Part shown: piece by piece, positions 47,261 through 58,988 of the stretch
How the letters are laid out: every line of letters starts with the position of its first letter
How positions within the stretch are numbered: the stretch's first letter is position 1
Source of the DNA: Squalus acanthias
Taxonomy: Eukaryota
Direction of reading: 5' to 3'
DNA: 64,000 nucleotides
Assembly (NCBI GenBank): GCA_030390025.1
Contig: CM059432.1
Coordinates: 120,964,001-121,028,000 of the forward strand
The notes under the pieces: generated by a model
What the model saw: the letters and a program-made list of their open reading frames with translations, nothing else
What the model was told of the DNA's origin: nothing
Databases searched by the model: none
Position numbers and translations under genes: made by a program

Positions 47261-49970
47261 ATTCTGTCCTTAAGCCAATTCCTTATCCAAGCTGCCACTG
47301 ACCCACCTATTCCATGAGCCTCAATTTTGTTAACCAGCCTTCTATGTGGTACTTTGTCAAGCGCCTTCTAAAATCCATGCAGACAACATCCATTGCATTC
47401 CCTTCATCAATCCTCCCTGTTACTTCATCAAAAAATTCAATTAGATTTGTCAAACACGATCTGCCTTTTACAAATCCATGTTGATTCTCCTTAATTAGCT
47501 TAAACCTCTCCAAGTGCTCGTTAATTTTTTCCTAGGTTATTGTTTCTAAAACTTTACCCCCACTGATGTTAAACTGACCGGCTTGTAGTTACTAGGATTG
47601 TCTTTACACCCTTTCTTGAACAATGGTGTCACATTTGCCACTTTCCAATCCTCAGGCACCTCCTCCACATCTAGGGAAGATTGGAAAATTATGGCAAGTC
47701 CTTCCGCTATCTCCTCCCCGAACTCCCTTAGCAACCTGGGATGCAAGCCACCTGGTCCAGGCGACTTGTCCACTCTAAGCATACCCAGCCTTTCTAGAAC
47801 ATCCTGTCTATCAATTTCAACCCTTCCATTGCTTCTACCTTTTCCACTGCTACCAATATTCTGTCAGCATCCACCTCCTTAGTAAACACCGATACAAAGT
47901 ACTCATTGAGTATTATAGCCTTGCCCTGCACCTCTAAGCATATGTCACCTTCTTTGTCTCTAATAAGCTCCACCCTACCTCTTACTAACTGTTTACTGTT
48001 TACATGCCGGTAGAAGATTTTTGGGTCCCCTTTTATGTTAACCGCCATTCTACTCTCATATTCTCTCTTTGCCAATCGTATTTTCATCTTCACATCCCCT
48101 TTCAACTTAGTATTTGGTCTGGTTCTCCCTTGAAGAATTCACCTGACATGCATCATACACCCTCTTTTTTTCACCATCTTCTCTATCTCCCTCGTCATCC
48201 AAGGAGCCATTGCTTTGGTTCCCTTACCCTACCCTCTTGTTGGAATGTACCTAGCCTGTACTTGGAACATCTCCTCCTTAAAGATCACCCATTGTTCTGT
48301 TACAGTTTTTCCTGTCAGTCTTTGGTTCCATTTTACCCTGGCTAGATCCTTTCGCATCCCATTGAAGTTAGCCCTATTCCAGTTTAGAAGTTCCACTCTA
48401 GGTTGTTCATTGCTCCTCTCCATTGCTAATCTAAATCTTATGATACGATGATCACTCGTACCCAAGTGTTCTCTCACAGACACTTGGTCGACCTGGCCCA
48501 CCTCATTCCCCAGCACCAGATCCAGCAATGCCTCCTTCCTAGTTGGGCCAAGAACATACTGGTCAAGGAAATTCTCCTGAACAGATTTCAAAAATTCCTC
48601 CCCCTCCTTTCCCTTTACCCTAGCATTATCCCAATCGATATTTGGGTAATTAAAGTCCCCCAATATCACCACTCTACAGCTCTTGCATATCTCTGCGATT
48701 TACCAGCAGATTTGCTCCTCTACCTCCCTCTCACTATTTGGAAGCCTATAGAATACCCCCAATAGTGTGATCATACCCTTTTTGCTCCTCAACTCTAACC
48801 AAATGGATTCTGTCCTTGTTCCCTCAAGAGCATCCTCCCTTTCCAACACTGCAATGTCTTCCTTAATCAGCACTGCCAACCCACCTCCCTTTTTCCTTCC
48901 CTATCTTTTCTGAACACCTTGTATCCTTGAATATTAAGTGCCCAGTCCTCACCGTTTTTAAGCCACGTTTCTGTTATTGCCACAACATCATATTGCCACA
49001 TGGATAATTGTGCTTGTAGCTCACCAACATTATTCACCAAACTTTGTGCGTTTACGTACAGGCATTCTAAACACATTTTTGAATTTTTCGTAGTCTTTTT
49101 CAGTCTGCTCCTGTCTAATATGGTACTATTACTGCCTCTAGTACTATCTTCTCTAGTACTATCCAACACACTCACTCTTTTATGCACCTTATTCCTCTTT
49201 TCTACTCCTATATGCTGGTGCCGATTCCCCTGCCAAGCTACTTTAAACCCTCCCCAACAGCACTAACAAACCTTCCCACGAGAATATTGGTCCCAGCTCT
49301 GTACCATCTCTCCAGCCACGTATTCATTTTTTCTATCCTCCTTTTCCTGAACTCACTAGCACGTCGCACTGGAAGTAATTCGGAGATTACTACCTTTGAG
49401 CTCCTGCTTTTTAATCTCTCTGCTAGCTCCCTAAACTCTGCCTCAAGGACCTCATCCCTCTTTCTTCCTATGCCATTGGTACCGGTATGGGCAATGACCT
49501 CTGGCTGTTCACCCTTCCACCTCAGAGTGTCCTGCAGCTGCTCAGTGACATCCTTGACCCAGGCACCAGGGAGGCAGCATACCATCTTGGAGTCACGTCT
49601 ACGGCCGCAGCAACGCCTGTCTGCTCCCCTAACTATCGAATCCCCTACCACTATTGCTCTTCCACACTTTTTCCTCCCCCCCTGTGCAGCTGAGCCACCC
49701 ATGGTGCCATGGACTTGACTCTGGCTGCACTCCCCAGAGGAACCATCACCCTCACCAGTACTCAGAACAGAATACTGGTTGGAGAGTGCGATGCACTTCT
49801 GCACTACCTGCCTGGTCCTCCTCTTCTGTCTAGCGGTCAACCATTCCCTCTTTGCCTGCGTTCTCTTAAGCTGCAGGGTGACCACTTCTAGAAATGTGCT
49901 ATCCACGTAACTCTTAGCCTCGCGGATGCACTGCAGTGACTCCAGCCGCCGCTCAAGCTCTGAAACTTGG
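47261..49970 (-). mobile_element. CR1 LINE, duplicate of 29671-32980 with an internal deletion in ORF1
   Basis: Near-identical ORF fragments (MLRVDKSPGPGGLHPRLL, GDSIVRGADRR); deletion at about 49301. Confidence 0.9.
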
Positions 49971-52547
49971 GCACTACTTCATCTATCCAAATCATTGATG
50001 TACACAATGGACAAAGCAATCCCAGAGCCTGAACCCTATGGGACACCACGACCCACTTCCAACCACTGAGAGCTCCTAATCTTTGCTCCCTCTCTTTTAA
50101 CTAGTTTTTAATCCAATTTTGCTTACCTTTCTCGAATTCCATACCCCTTAATCTTCTCCAATAGCTTTCTGTGTCGTACCTTCTCAAAGGCTTTCTGAAA
50201 CTCCATGTACACCACATTCACTCCATTTCCCTCATCCACCATGTCTCAAAGAAATCTCTTCAGGTTTGTTAAGGCAATTCTCCTTTCTTAAATCCATGTT
50301 GGCTGCTTCTAATTTTTTTCTCATTATCAAGATATTTAGTTATCTACGCCTAGTAGGTAGGGAGTTCTCATTCTTGGGCGCTTCCATACTTATCCTGCAC
50401 ACAAATGGTAGGATCCGCGGAGTCCAGGATATAAGGCCTTAGATCTCATTCACACAGGAACGGCGCTACGGGAGGAGACCAAGAAGGTAAGTGATGAGAG
50501 TTTGGGCTGCGGACCAGCGGACCATCAGTAAGTGATGGCCTCGGGCGGGGGCAGGTGGATGGGAGGAATCGCGAACCTCGGGGTGGGAGGGTATTGTGGG
50601 ACTCAGGCAGTAATTGTAGCCAGAGAATTTCCAGCAATGGCTTCTCTTCCTGCCTATCTACTATCACCTTTGGAGTCTCCCAAGGATCTATTCTTAGCCG
50701 CCTCTTCTTACTCATCTACATGCTGCCCCTTGACAACATTATATGAAGACAAGGGGTCAGCTCCTACATGTAGACTGTCAACACTTACCTCTACCTCTCC
50801 AACACCTGTCTTGACCCCTCCACTAATTCTGTTGTCAGATTGCTTACCCAACATCCAATCTTGGATGAACTGCATGTGTCAACTCCTCTATTGAGTCTCC
50901 TATTACTACTGCATTCCCAACTGAATTGCTTATCTCCCCCCCCCCTTGAACCATCTCATGTTTTTTGCTGCCATTTTAATCCATTTGATGATTCTGCCCA
51001 CAGTCTTCACCCTTCCCATAGGAAGCCAATACTTCAAACTTGTTAGAAAGGGTCATTTTCTCTGAGCATCTTGCTATTGCCTATTCCCACCGCCCCCCCC
51101 CCTCGCCCCCCGCCCCCCCCCCCCCCCCGCGGCATGCATACACAGTCCCCATTCCTCCTTAAATCACTGCCAAATCCCTCTCCCAGTTGGATTGACTATC
51201 CTCCGAAGCTCTTGCTCCAGAAACATCTCTCTCTCGCTGAGGTGGCGGATTGTCTCCACCTCAAGTTCTGTGATCTTAAGTTCAAGTATTCTCAGTTGGA
51301 GACACTTCCTGCAGGTATGTTTGACCAAGTCAACATGTCTCACATCCTACAGGAACCACACAGTATTAGAACATAGAACATAGAAACATAGAAAAATAGG
51401 AGCAGGAGTAGGCCATTCGGCCCTTCGAGCCTGCTCCGCCATTCAATATGATCATGGCTGATCCTCTATCTCAATACCATATTCCCGCTCTTTCCCCATA
51501 CCCCTTTTGAGTCTAGAAATCTATCTATCTCCTTCTTAAATAAATCTCAGTCCTAAATGTCCTACCCCATATCCTGAGACTGTGACCCCTCGTTCTAGAC
51601 CCCCCAGCCAGGGGAAACATCCTCCCTGCATCCAGTCTGTCTAGCCATGTCAGAATTTTATACGTTTCAATGAGATCCCCTCTCATTCTTCTAAACTCTA
51701 GTGAATACAGGCCTAGTCGACCCAAACTCACCTCATACGACAGTCCTGCCTCCCAGGAATCAGTCTGGTGAACCTTCGCTGCACTATTGTTCCTTCCTGT
51801 GTTGTCATTATTGCTATAACTGTCAGTTAAGTTATGTGTAGGTTTATATTCTTACCTATTTGAATAGTAATGAAACCACTCAGCTCCTCCTTGCCCCTCT
51901 GCTCCAAATTCACATTTAGTCCAATTCCCGTTATGGAAGTACTGTTCTCAGTCTGTTCCCAACTCTGTTACCAGCTCACTCCGTGCTGTGCTCTCTGCTC
52001 AAACTGGGGCGCAGTTACTGAAAAAATATCTTCCGATATCAAACCAAATTAGGTCATAAACCAGTTTCAGCAACTCACTCGGGCCAACTACACAGTACAT
52101 TAATTAACACCTAGCTAGTGACTAATGATTTTCTGCTACCTGTTAACTGCTAATTCACTACAGTTGCACAAATTTAAATATAAAGTTTAGTTACAAAGCC
52201 ATGGTGGGGTTGGGGGTGGGTGGGGGGCAGGCTGCGCGTTGGAAACACACAATGGCCAGAATTTTCTTTACCTGGGCGGGTTGGATGCGGGCAGTCGGCG
52301 TGGTGGGTCGCGACCCCGTTGTTGCTTCTATCCCACTGCAGAAATTGACTTTGCGATAATGGGGCCTAATAAGCCCACCCTGCATGTTACCCAGCCCAAT
52401 TAAATGGTGTGGGTCTGATGATCTCATCCATGATGCGTTTTCAGCCGGGATATTTAAAGGAGCCATGGCCACATTGCGTTTGAAGGTTCATCTAGGAGTG
52501 TGCAGGCAGCACAGTGGAGGTTCTCATTGCTTCAAACAGTTGGAGAG

Positions 52548-54424
52548 ATGGCTGCACAGAGGCAGAGGGCTGCACTCAGGTTCTCCGATGACTCCCTCCA
52601 TATGCTTGTGGAGGGAGTCAGAGCACGCATTGAGGTCCTCTTCCCTTCCAATGGGTGGAAGAGGCCTCCTCAGGAGACATAAAGAGCTTGGCTCCAAATT
52701 GCAGAGGAGGTCAACAGCGGGGAAGTGTTCAGGAGGACCTGGGTGCAATGCTGGAAACGTTTCAATGATCTCATTAGATCAGGAAAGGTGAGTACAAATC
52801 CACACTCAACTTTATCCTGCTGTGCCTCTCATCACATTCCCATCACTCTGCCTTCCCAAGCCTGCCCCGCAACATCATTACTCACACCAACATACCTTGC
52901 ACGTCCACCCATTGCTCTCTCTCTCTATCTACATTATCACACCCCCATCTTATTAACCACCCCTCACACTCACCCTCATCCTAATGCAATCATACCAACC
53001 AACTAACAACACACAAGGAGACCACTTGGCATTGCCACCCCAGTCCATCATAGTCTCCTTCTAAAGATGTAACCCATCCATTCCTTACGCTCATTCCATC
53101 ACTCTCACTCAACCTTCTCTTCTTTCCCTCCTTGCAGGAGAAGAGAATGCACAGTAAGAGGGAGAGGGAGAGAAATGGAGGTGGACCTCCATCATTTGCG
53201 ACCCTCATAACAGCAGAGGAGGCTGCGTTAGAAGTCTCGGAGTGGCCGAGCAGCTGGAAGTGGGAGACGGAGAGAGGGGGACATCTCAGCAACCTGGTGA
53301 CAAAATTACATATCATACATGGCATACATCAGTCACTCATGTGGGGACTGATGTCATCAGCTACTAAATGGTCATCATGTGCATAATGGTATCTGTACCC
53401 ATTCTTCATATGGTATATAATCTCTTTGCTCTCCCACAGGTTCATCAAGAGCCGCCCCCCACCCTGCCACCCACCCCCCTGCCCCCCACTGTCCAGGAGG
53501 AAGAGCAAGACGATGACTCAGAGGAACCTCCAGCCTATGAGGACTCACCATCACCAGACAGAAGCGCACCCAGCACCAGCGCAGATACACACACCTCAGT
53601 GGGTGCCACGCGAGATAGAGTAGTGTTGTCACCGGGTCTGTCAGAAGTCACAAGTGAGCAAGTGCAGATGGTGGAGACAGGGACAGCCGGAGGGTGCAGG
53701 ATGCTCCCAGCTCTGCTCAGCTGCATGCAGATGCTGAGCCTCGGGGGCCATCCAGGAAAAGGGCGAGCCTGGAGGTGAAGGAAGAAGTGCAGGAGGCTCT
53801 GACAGGTTTCGCGAACGTGTTGTCTTCAAATGTTCAGAGAATGGAGGAGTCCATCTCCAACATGAGCACCACCGTGTCACAGGCGATGGGGACAGTAGGC
53901 TCCTCCATGGATAGGATGGCCACCTGAATGGAGCAGCTAATGCACCACTCACAGGAGCACATGGTCTCTATGGAGAATAGATGGCTATCTATTGGGCATA
54001 GATGATAGAGGCTCATAGACCTACTCTCTAGGAGGGATGTCAGTGAAGATGTGGGTCCTCATGGCCCCAATGATGTGCAGCAAGGTGATCTCCAGCTCCT
54101 TGCTAGCAGGGAAGTGCGGACAGTGAGAGCGGAGAGGAAAGTGTACGCTCCTCTCAAAACTCTTACACTTTTCCTCCATTGCCATCCCCTCAGTCAGAGC
54201 CCCAGATGGCTTCTCGGATCGCGATGTCTGAGTTTTCCCCTGCATAGTAGCAGGAGGAGAAAACATTAGCGGGGCCATCACAGGCTCCAAAACACAGAGG
54301 ATGTCCACCAAGAGTGTCTAAGCAGTGGCAGCAGGGAAGTGAGCAGGCTGCCTCTACCTCTGCTGAAGCCACAGGGGTAGCACCTCGTAGAGGCACGCAA
54401 AACAGAAAGATGACACACAAGTAG
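52548..54424 (+). pseudogene. Harbinger A Myb/SANT-like gene, copy 2 (exons 52548-52787, 53138-53296, 53440-54424)
   Basis: RAALRFSDDSLHMLVEGVRARIEVLFP and RRTWVQCWKRFNDL; same splice sites as copy 1. Confidence 0.88.
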
Positions 54425-54722
54425 ATTCACAAAGGTAGCCACTTGTGTGTTTTAGTCAATGTTAATGGCAAGTTTCCATTAATGTATTGTCAACCTTTAA
54501 AATCTTTATTTTCACCACTTTCCCGTCTTGGACACATTTGTGTGCATCTTTGGAAGTGGCTTAGTGAGTTGCAGTGACTGGTGAGACATAACGTTACCTC
54601 CAGCAATGGTGGTCAGTGTGAAAGGAATTGCTTGGTCATTGTTGGGATGCTTTATGGTGTTGTTGTGGGGTTGTGTCAACCTGGAGCAGCATGTGACAGC
54701 CATATGGGTGTACTGCGTAAAG

Positions 54723-55944
54723 TTAAGTAAATCTGGCCATGATGAGCCTATCCCTGGCCTCCTGGGCAGCAATGTGCTTGGGTGCCGGTTGGATCTGGAC
54801 CGCAGGTTCCTCAAGCTCCTGCTCCTCATCTTCCAGCTGATGCTCCTCCTCCTCCTCCTCCTCTGAAGAGGCTGTGCGCTCAGTGCCTTGCTCCTCATGC
54901 GGTGCTAATCCTCGCTGCTGCGCTATGTTGTGCAGGGCGCAGCAGACCACAATGATACTGGAGGCCCTGGCTGGTGCATACTGAAGGGCTCCTCCAATTC
55001 TGTTAAGGCATCTGAAGTGCATTTTGAGCTTCGCTATTGTCTGCTTTATGACATATCTGGTGGAAATGTGGCTTTTCATTGTATCTCTCCTGGGCCTCAG
55101 TACTTGGCCTCCTCAAGGGTGACATGAGCCACGTCTTCAGTGGATAGTCGTTGTCTCCAAGCAGCCAGCTAGAAAGTCTGTTTGGAGGAGCGAAGAGCTG
55201 AAGGCGGGTGGACTGGCGAAGGATGAAAAAGTCATGGCAGCTGCCAGGGAATTTGGTGCACACATGCATGAAGATCTTCCTATGGTTGCAGACCAGCTCA
55301 CATTGAGAGGGTGGAAGCCCTTGCGGTTGAAAAACACTCCTGGGTAATGATGGGGTGCCCTGATTGCCACAGTCGATGACGCCCGGCACCCATGGGAAGC
55401 CAGCCAGAGAGGCAAAGCCGAGTGCCTGCTCAGTAACACTGGCTTCATCAGTGGCAAAGTTGGTATAATTGGCTGACTTGTCAAGGAGGGTATCGGTTAC
55501 CTGTGTGATGCATCTGTGGGCGGCCGACTGCAAGATGCTGCAAATGTCTGCTGCAGATCCCTGGAAGGAGCCTGAGACGAAGAAGTTCAGGGCACTGGTG
55601 ACTTTGACAGCCACTGGTAAAGCGTGTCCACCCGCTCCTCTGGGCTGCAGGTCTAGCTCGAGCAATGTGCAAATGTCTGCGACGATCTGGCGCGATAACC
55701 TGAGCCTCCTTTGACACTGCTGCTCAGTCATGTTGAGGAAGCTCATCCTCTGCCTGTATACCCTGTGTTGGGGGTATCGCCTCTGGCGTGATGCAGCCCT
55801 GCGCTGATGCCCTCTGTCCAGTGGTTGAGGAGAAGTTTGGTGGTGTTGTTGTTGGTGCCGCTGGTGTGCCTGGTGCTGCTGGTGTTGGGGCTGATCATGG
55901 TCAGATTCTGAGGACCAAGGTGAGACAGTATAAATGGTACCCAT
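54723..55944 (-). pseudogene. Harbinger A transposase, copy 2
   Basis: [22 protein letters not shown] and CCALHN; its frameshifts differ from those in copy 1. Confidence 0.92.
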
Positions 55945-57604
55945 GCTGATGGAATAGATGGCAGGTCAAGTAGAGATCAGAGGAGCAAGCAGTCAATGAA
56001 GTGATGAGGTGAGACTGGATGGCGACTTTGCTGGAAACACTTGCAGCCTGTAGGAAGCTAAATGTGTGCTGAGAATGCAGTCAACAACAGCTTCTGCCTG
56101 AGGAAAGTGATCAACTGTGAGGTGGGAGCTTTCATAGTACGTTTCATGCTGTCATCTAATCAGCTGGAGCAATGGCCACTCAACTCCCGCCTCAGGCTGA
56201 CAGACGTGGTTCCCGAGCTGTGTGAATCCCGTGGGCAGCCTGGGGAATTTGAAAGGTAGGCTGAAAAAGGCTCTTTAGGGTCTGACAACTGCATGTTAAT
56301 GATATGAATTAGGTCGTCCGCCTCTGCTGGTCAGGTCGCTGTCGCACCGGCAACTCCTGAGGGGACGGGATGACGGCCGGTTCTCGACCCGCTCCAAATT
56401 TTTTCAAATTTCCCACCCGACCCGCCTCCAATCGCGCCCGCATGGACCCCAGAAAATTCCGGCCAAGATGTTCTGAACTACTCGATCACTATTTACCGTT
56501 ACTCGCCACTGAATTCCCACTCTAGTCAAATTCTGTTCCCACCTCACTCTGTTACCAGCTCACTCCATTGTGTGCTCTCTGCTCGCTGGGTGGATCCAAG
56601 AGGATAAGGTGCCAGTGGAAGCTGGGACTGAAGTTACCCCTCTGTGACAGACTCTGTAATCCAATATCCGAACCAAGCAGAATTGCAGGGCACTGTTGAT
56701 CATTGAACAGCCTGTTTGGCTGCCGAATGAAGTGTAGAGGGTAAACCTGCCATTTTAGGTTGGGATTTTACCCACTTGGCTCAGCTCTGGTACATAAAGC
56801 CCTCGTGGATAAGGTGGACCTACCAGACAAGCAGCAGGAGCCATTCCAGTGCTTTGTACTGGTAATATGTGTGGTTTTAGCTGGTTCAACAGCAGCAGTA
56901 TCCCTGCACACACTTGGGGTTTCCTCAGCCTCGGTTCTGCCAATGTGTACCTATGCTCTATACATCCAGGTGAGCGGAGTGTGTCCCTATGGGGTGTGCG
57001 CTTCATATCTGGCAAACAGAAATGCCTTGGTCGGAGACTCTTAAACATGGTGATAGGTTTCCCTGCTGTCAACACAAGTGTATCTGAATATGAGAGATTT
57101 AATCTGTGCAACCTGCTGGTGCTGTTAATGCCAAGGGAAAGGAGATTTTAAAAGTTTCATCTCTTTCTGAGGAGAACTGAATAATTTGATCATGGAATGA
57201 AATACTGAGTTAAAGACATGATGGAAGGGCCCAGGTTCAGCTAACCTCAGCTGGAATGGTGGGAAGATTACATTTGGATGTTTAATAACAGAGATACTGA
57301 GGGTAAGGTCTTGCTCACCTTCTCACGAACCCTGCTGTGAGCACACGACTGTGGATGTCAGCTGAGAACAAGCTGGGCTCAGCTGTGATAGCCTCTACCA
57401 TCCACTAACCCTGCAGCACTCACCCCAGTCTCACTCGTGAAGAATAACCATCTCGGTGAGCTACTAGAATGCTCCTGCACTGATTGCCGACTTCCAGGGG
57501 AAAACTCTGAGGAATATGTAAGGGGAGAAGAAAAAATAATTCACACGTTTCAAAAGCCACTCCCGGGACTTGAGCAGAGAGCCTAAACTGATACTTCGGT
57601 GGCG

Positions 57605-58988
57605 GGGGGAGATTTATTACTTCCCGCCGCGCTGGGAGTGAGGCGGGGGGGCGCTGGGAGTGAGGTGGTCCGATGGCTCACTGATGTAAAATAAGCTATT
57701 TTCTGTTGTTGCTGTAAAAATGGCCAAACGAACATTAGTCAAAGAGTGCAAAATGTTGACAGGCGGCAAGTGAAAGACAGTGGGGCCATCCGACCACAAG
57801 TCAGCGAGAGCTGATAGGAGCGGGAGGTGCAGTTGTCTGGTTTTTGAGAAAAAAACATCTAAATTTAGGACACGTGGCAGACAAAGTGCATTATCACTGA
57901 TGCCTGCAAAAGAAGAAGTCAATGGTCTGTCGGTGGGGCGGTCTGAAGTTCAGCACTCAGTGGGCACGCACTCACAAAGGCCAAATTAGGACTGATCATG
58001 CTGGCCTAAAACCAATTAAAAACGACCACAAGGACACAGCATGGAAGCTCAGCTAAAGAACTATGGATAAAAAGGGCAAAGAAATTGAGGTACGGGGCTG
58101 CAGTCGGAAGAGGGACGAGACCCGAGACCCGAACGAACCTACAATCAACACGGACTGATCACCCATGGGGTGATTGTATGTATATCCCTCCCGCAACATA
58201 GTCTTAGGGGGTGACGGGCATTGTATTGCATTGATACTGTAACGTTTAAGGTTTTGGACATTGTATTGAAACCCTTTTGTATCTGATACTCAATAAAGTG
58301 AGTTAAGTCTGATTGTGTGTGAATCACTGTCTCGCTCATACTTCTCGTGTCAGAACTCTAAACCTGTGAAGTTAACCTGAAGGGAAATGTGCTGCACTGG
58401 AAACCCGGAAGTCTGTTTCCCCGCATGCTTAACTCCACAGCGTGCGTCTTTCGTCATTGATCGGTTACCCGCCCGGAAGTCAGCCTGAGTGACAGGTTTG
58501 GCTTCCAGTCGGGTCGGGAATGCTCCTGAAGAGGCCGCACTGCCCGATCCCGGGGGGTTGGAGTCCAATCCCAAGGTGGGTTTGATTCCAAGGGGGTCCA
58601 CTCCCTGACACCGGGCGGGGGGTTTGATGTTGGGAAGCTTGGGGGACCGGGAGGGAGCACTTCTGCTCCTCCTGGCCTACAAGGAGTGCCCCCCCCCCCC
58701 AGGTTGTCCTCCCCTCTCTTCAGCTGCCGGGTTTCCCGAGGCCTGGGAAACCCGGCCAGCCACAGATAAACCTGCACAGCAGGTTAAATCCGAGGCTTCC
58801 AGCCTCAGTAACATATTTAAAATGCTAACCCGCCTCCTGGGAGCAGGTTGGTTGCCTGCCCCTTGTCCCGCTTTAGTAAAACCCGGAAGTCGGCGGGTTG
58901 GAGCCAGCTTCCTGACACGCTTCGATTTTTTTTCCCCCATTTAACCCCCCTACCTGCACCCATTTTCACCCATGTTAAAAGTCCCCCC
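57605..58988. mobile_element. GC-rich MITE interrupted by a solo LTR
   Basis: Approximate TIRs GGGGGGAGATTT / TAAAAGTCCCCCC; repeated AACCCGGAAGT motif. Confidence 0.7.
57685..58396 (+). mobile_element. Solo LTR, 712 bp, specific to duplication copy 2
   Basis: TGT...GCA termini, 4-bp TSD CTGA/CTGG, GATAAAA at about 58066 and AATAAA at about 58292. Empty site GCTCACTGGAAACC at about 46874-46887. Confidence 0.85.

Larger units (their letters stand above)
52196..56464. mobile_element. PIF/Harbinger transposon A, copy 2 (left TIR missing)
   Basis: Collinear with 36150-40368; right end GAAAATTCCGGCC. Confidence 0.9.
47261..58745 (+). repeat. Tandem segmental duplication, copy 2
   Basis: Begins mid-CR1 (TTCTGTCCTT, as at 29671) directly after mid-MITE CCAAGGCCTG (as at about 58736-58745). 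Confidence 0.93.
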
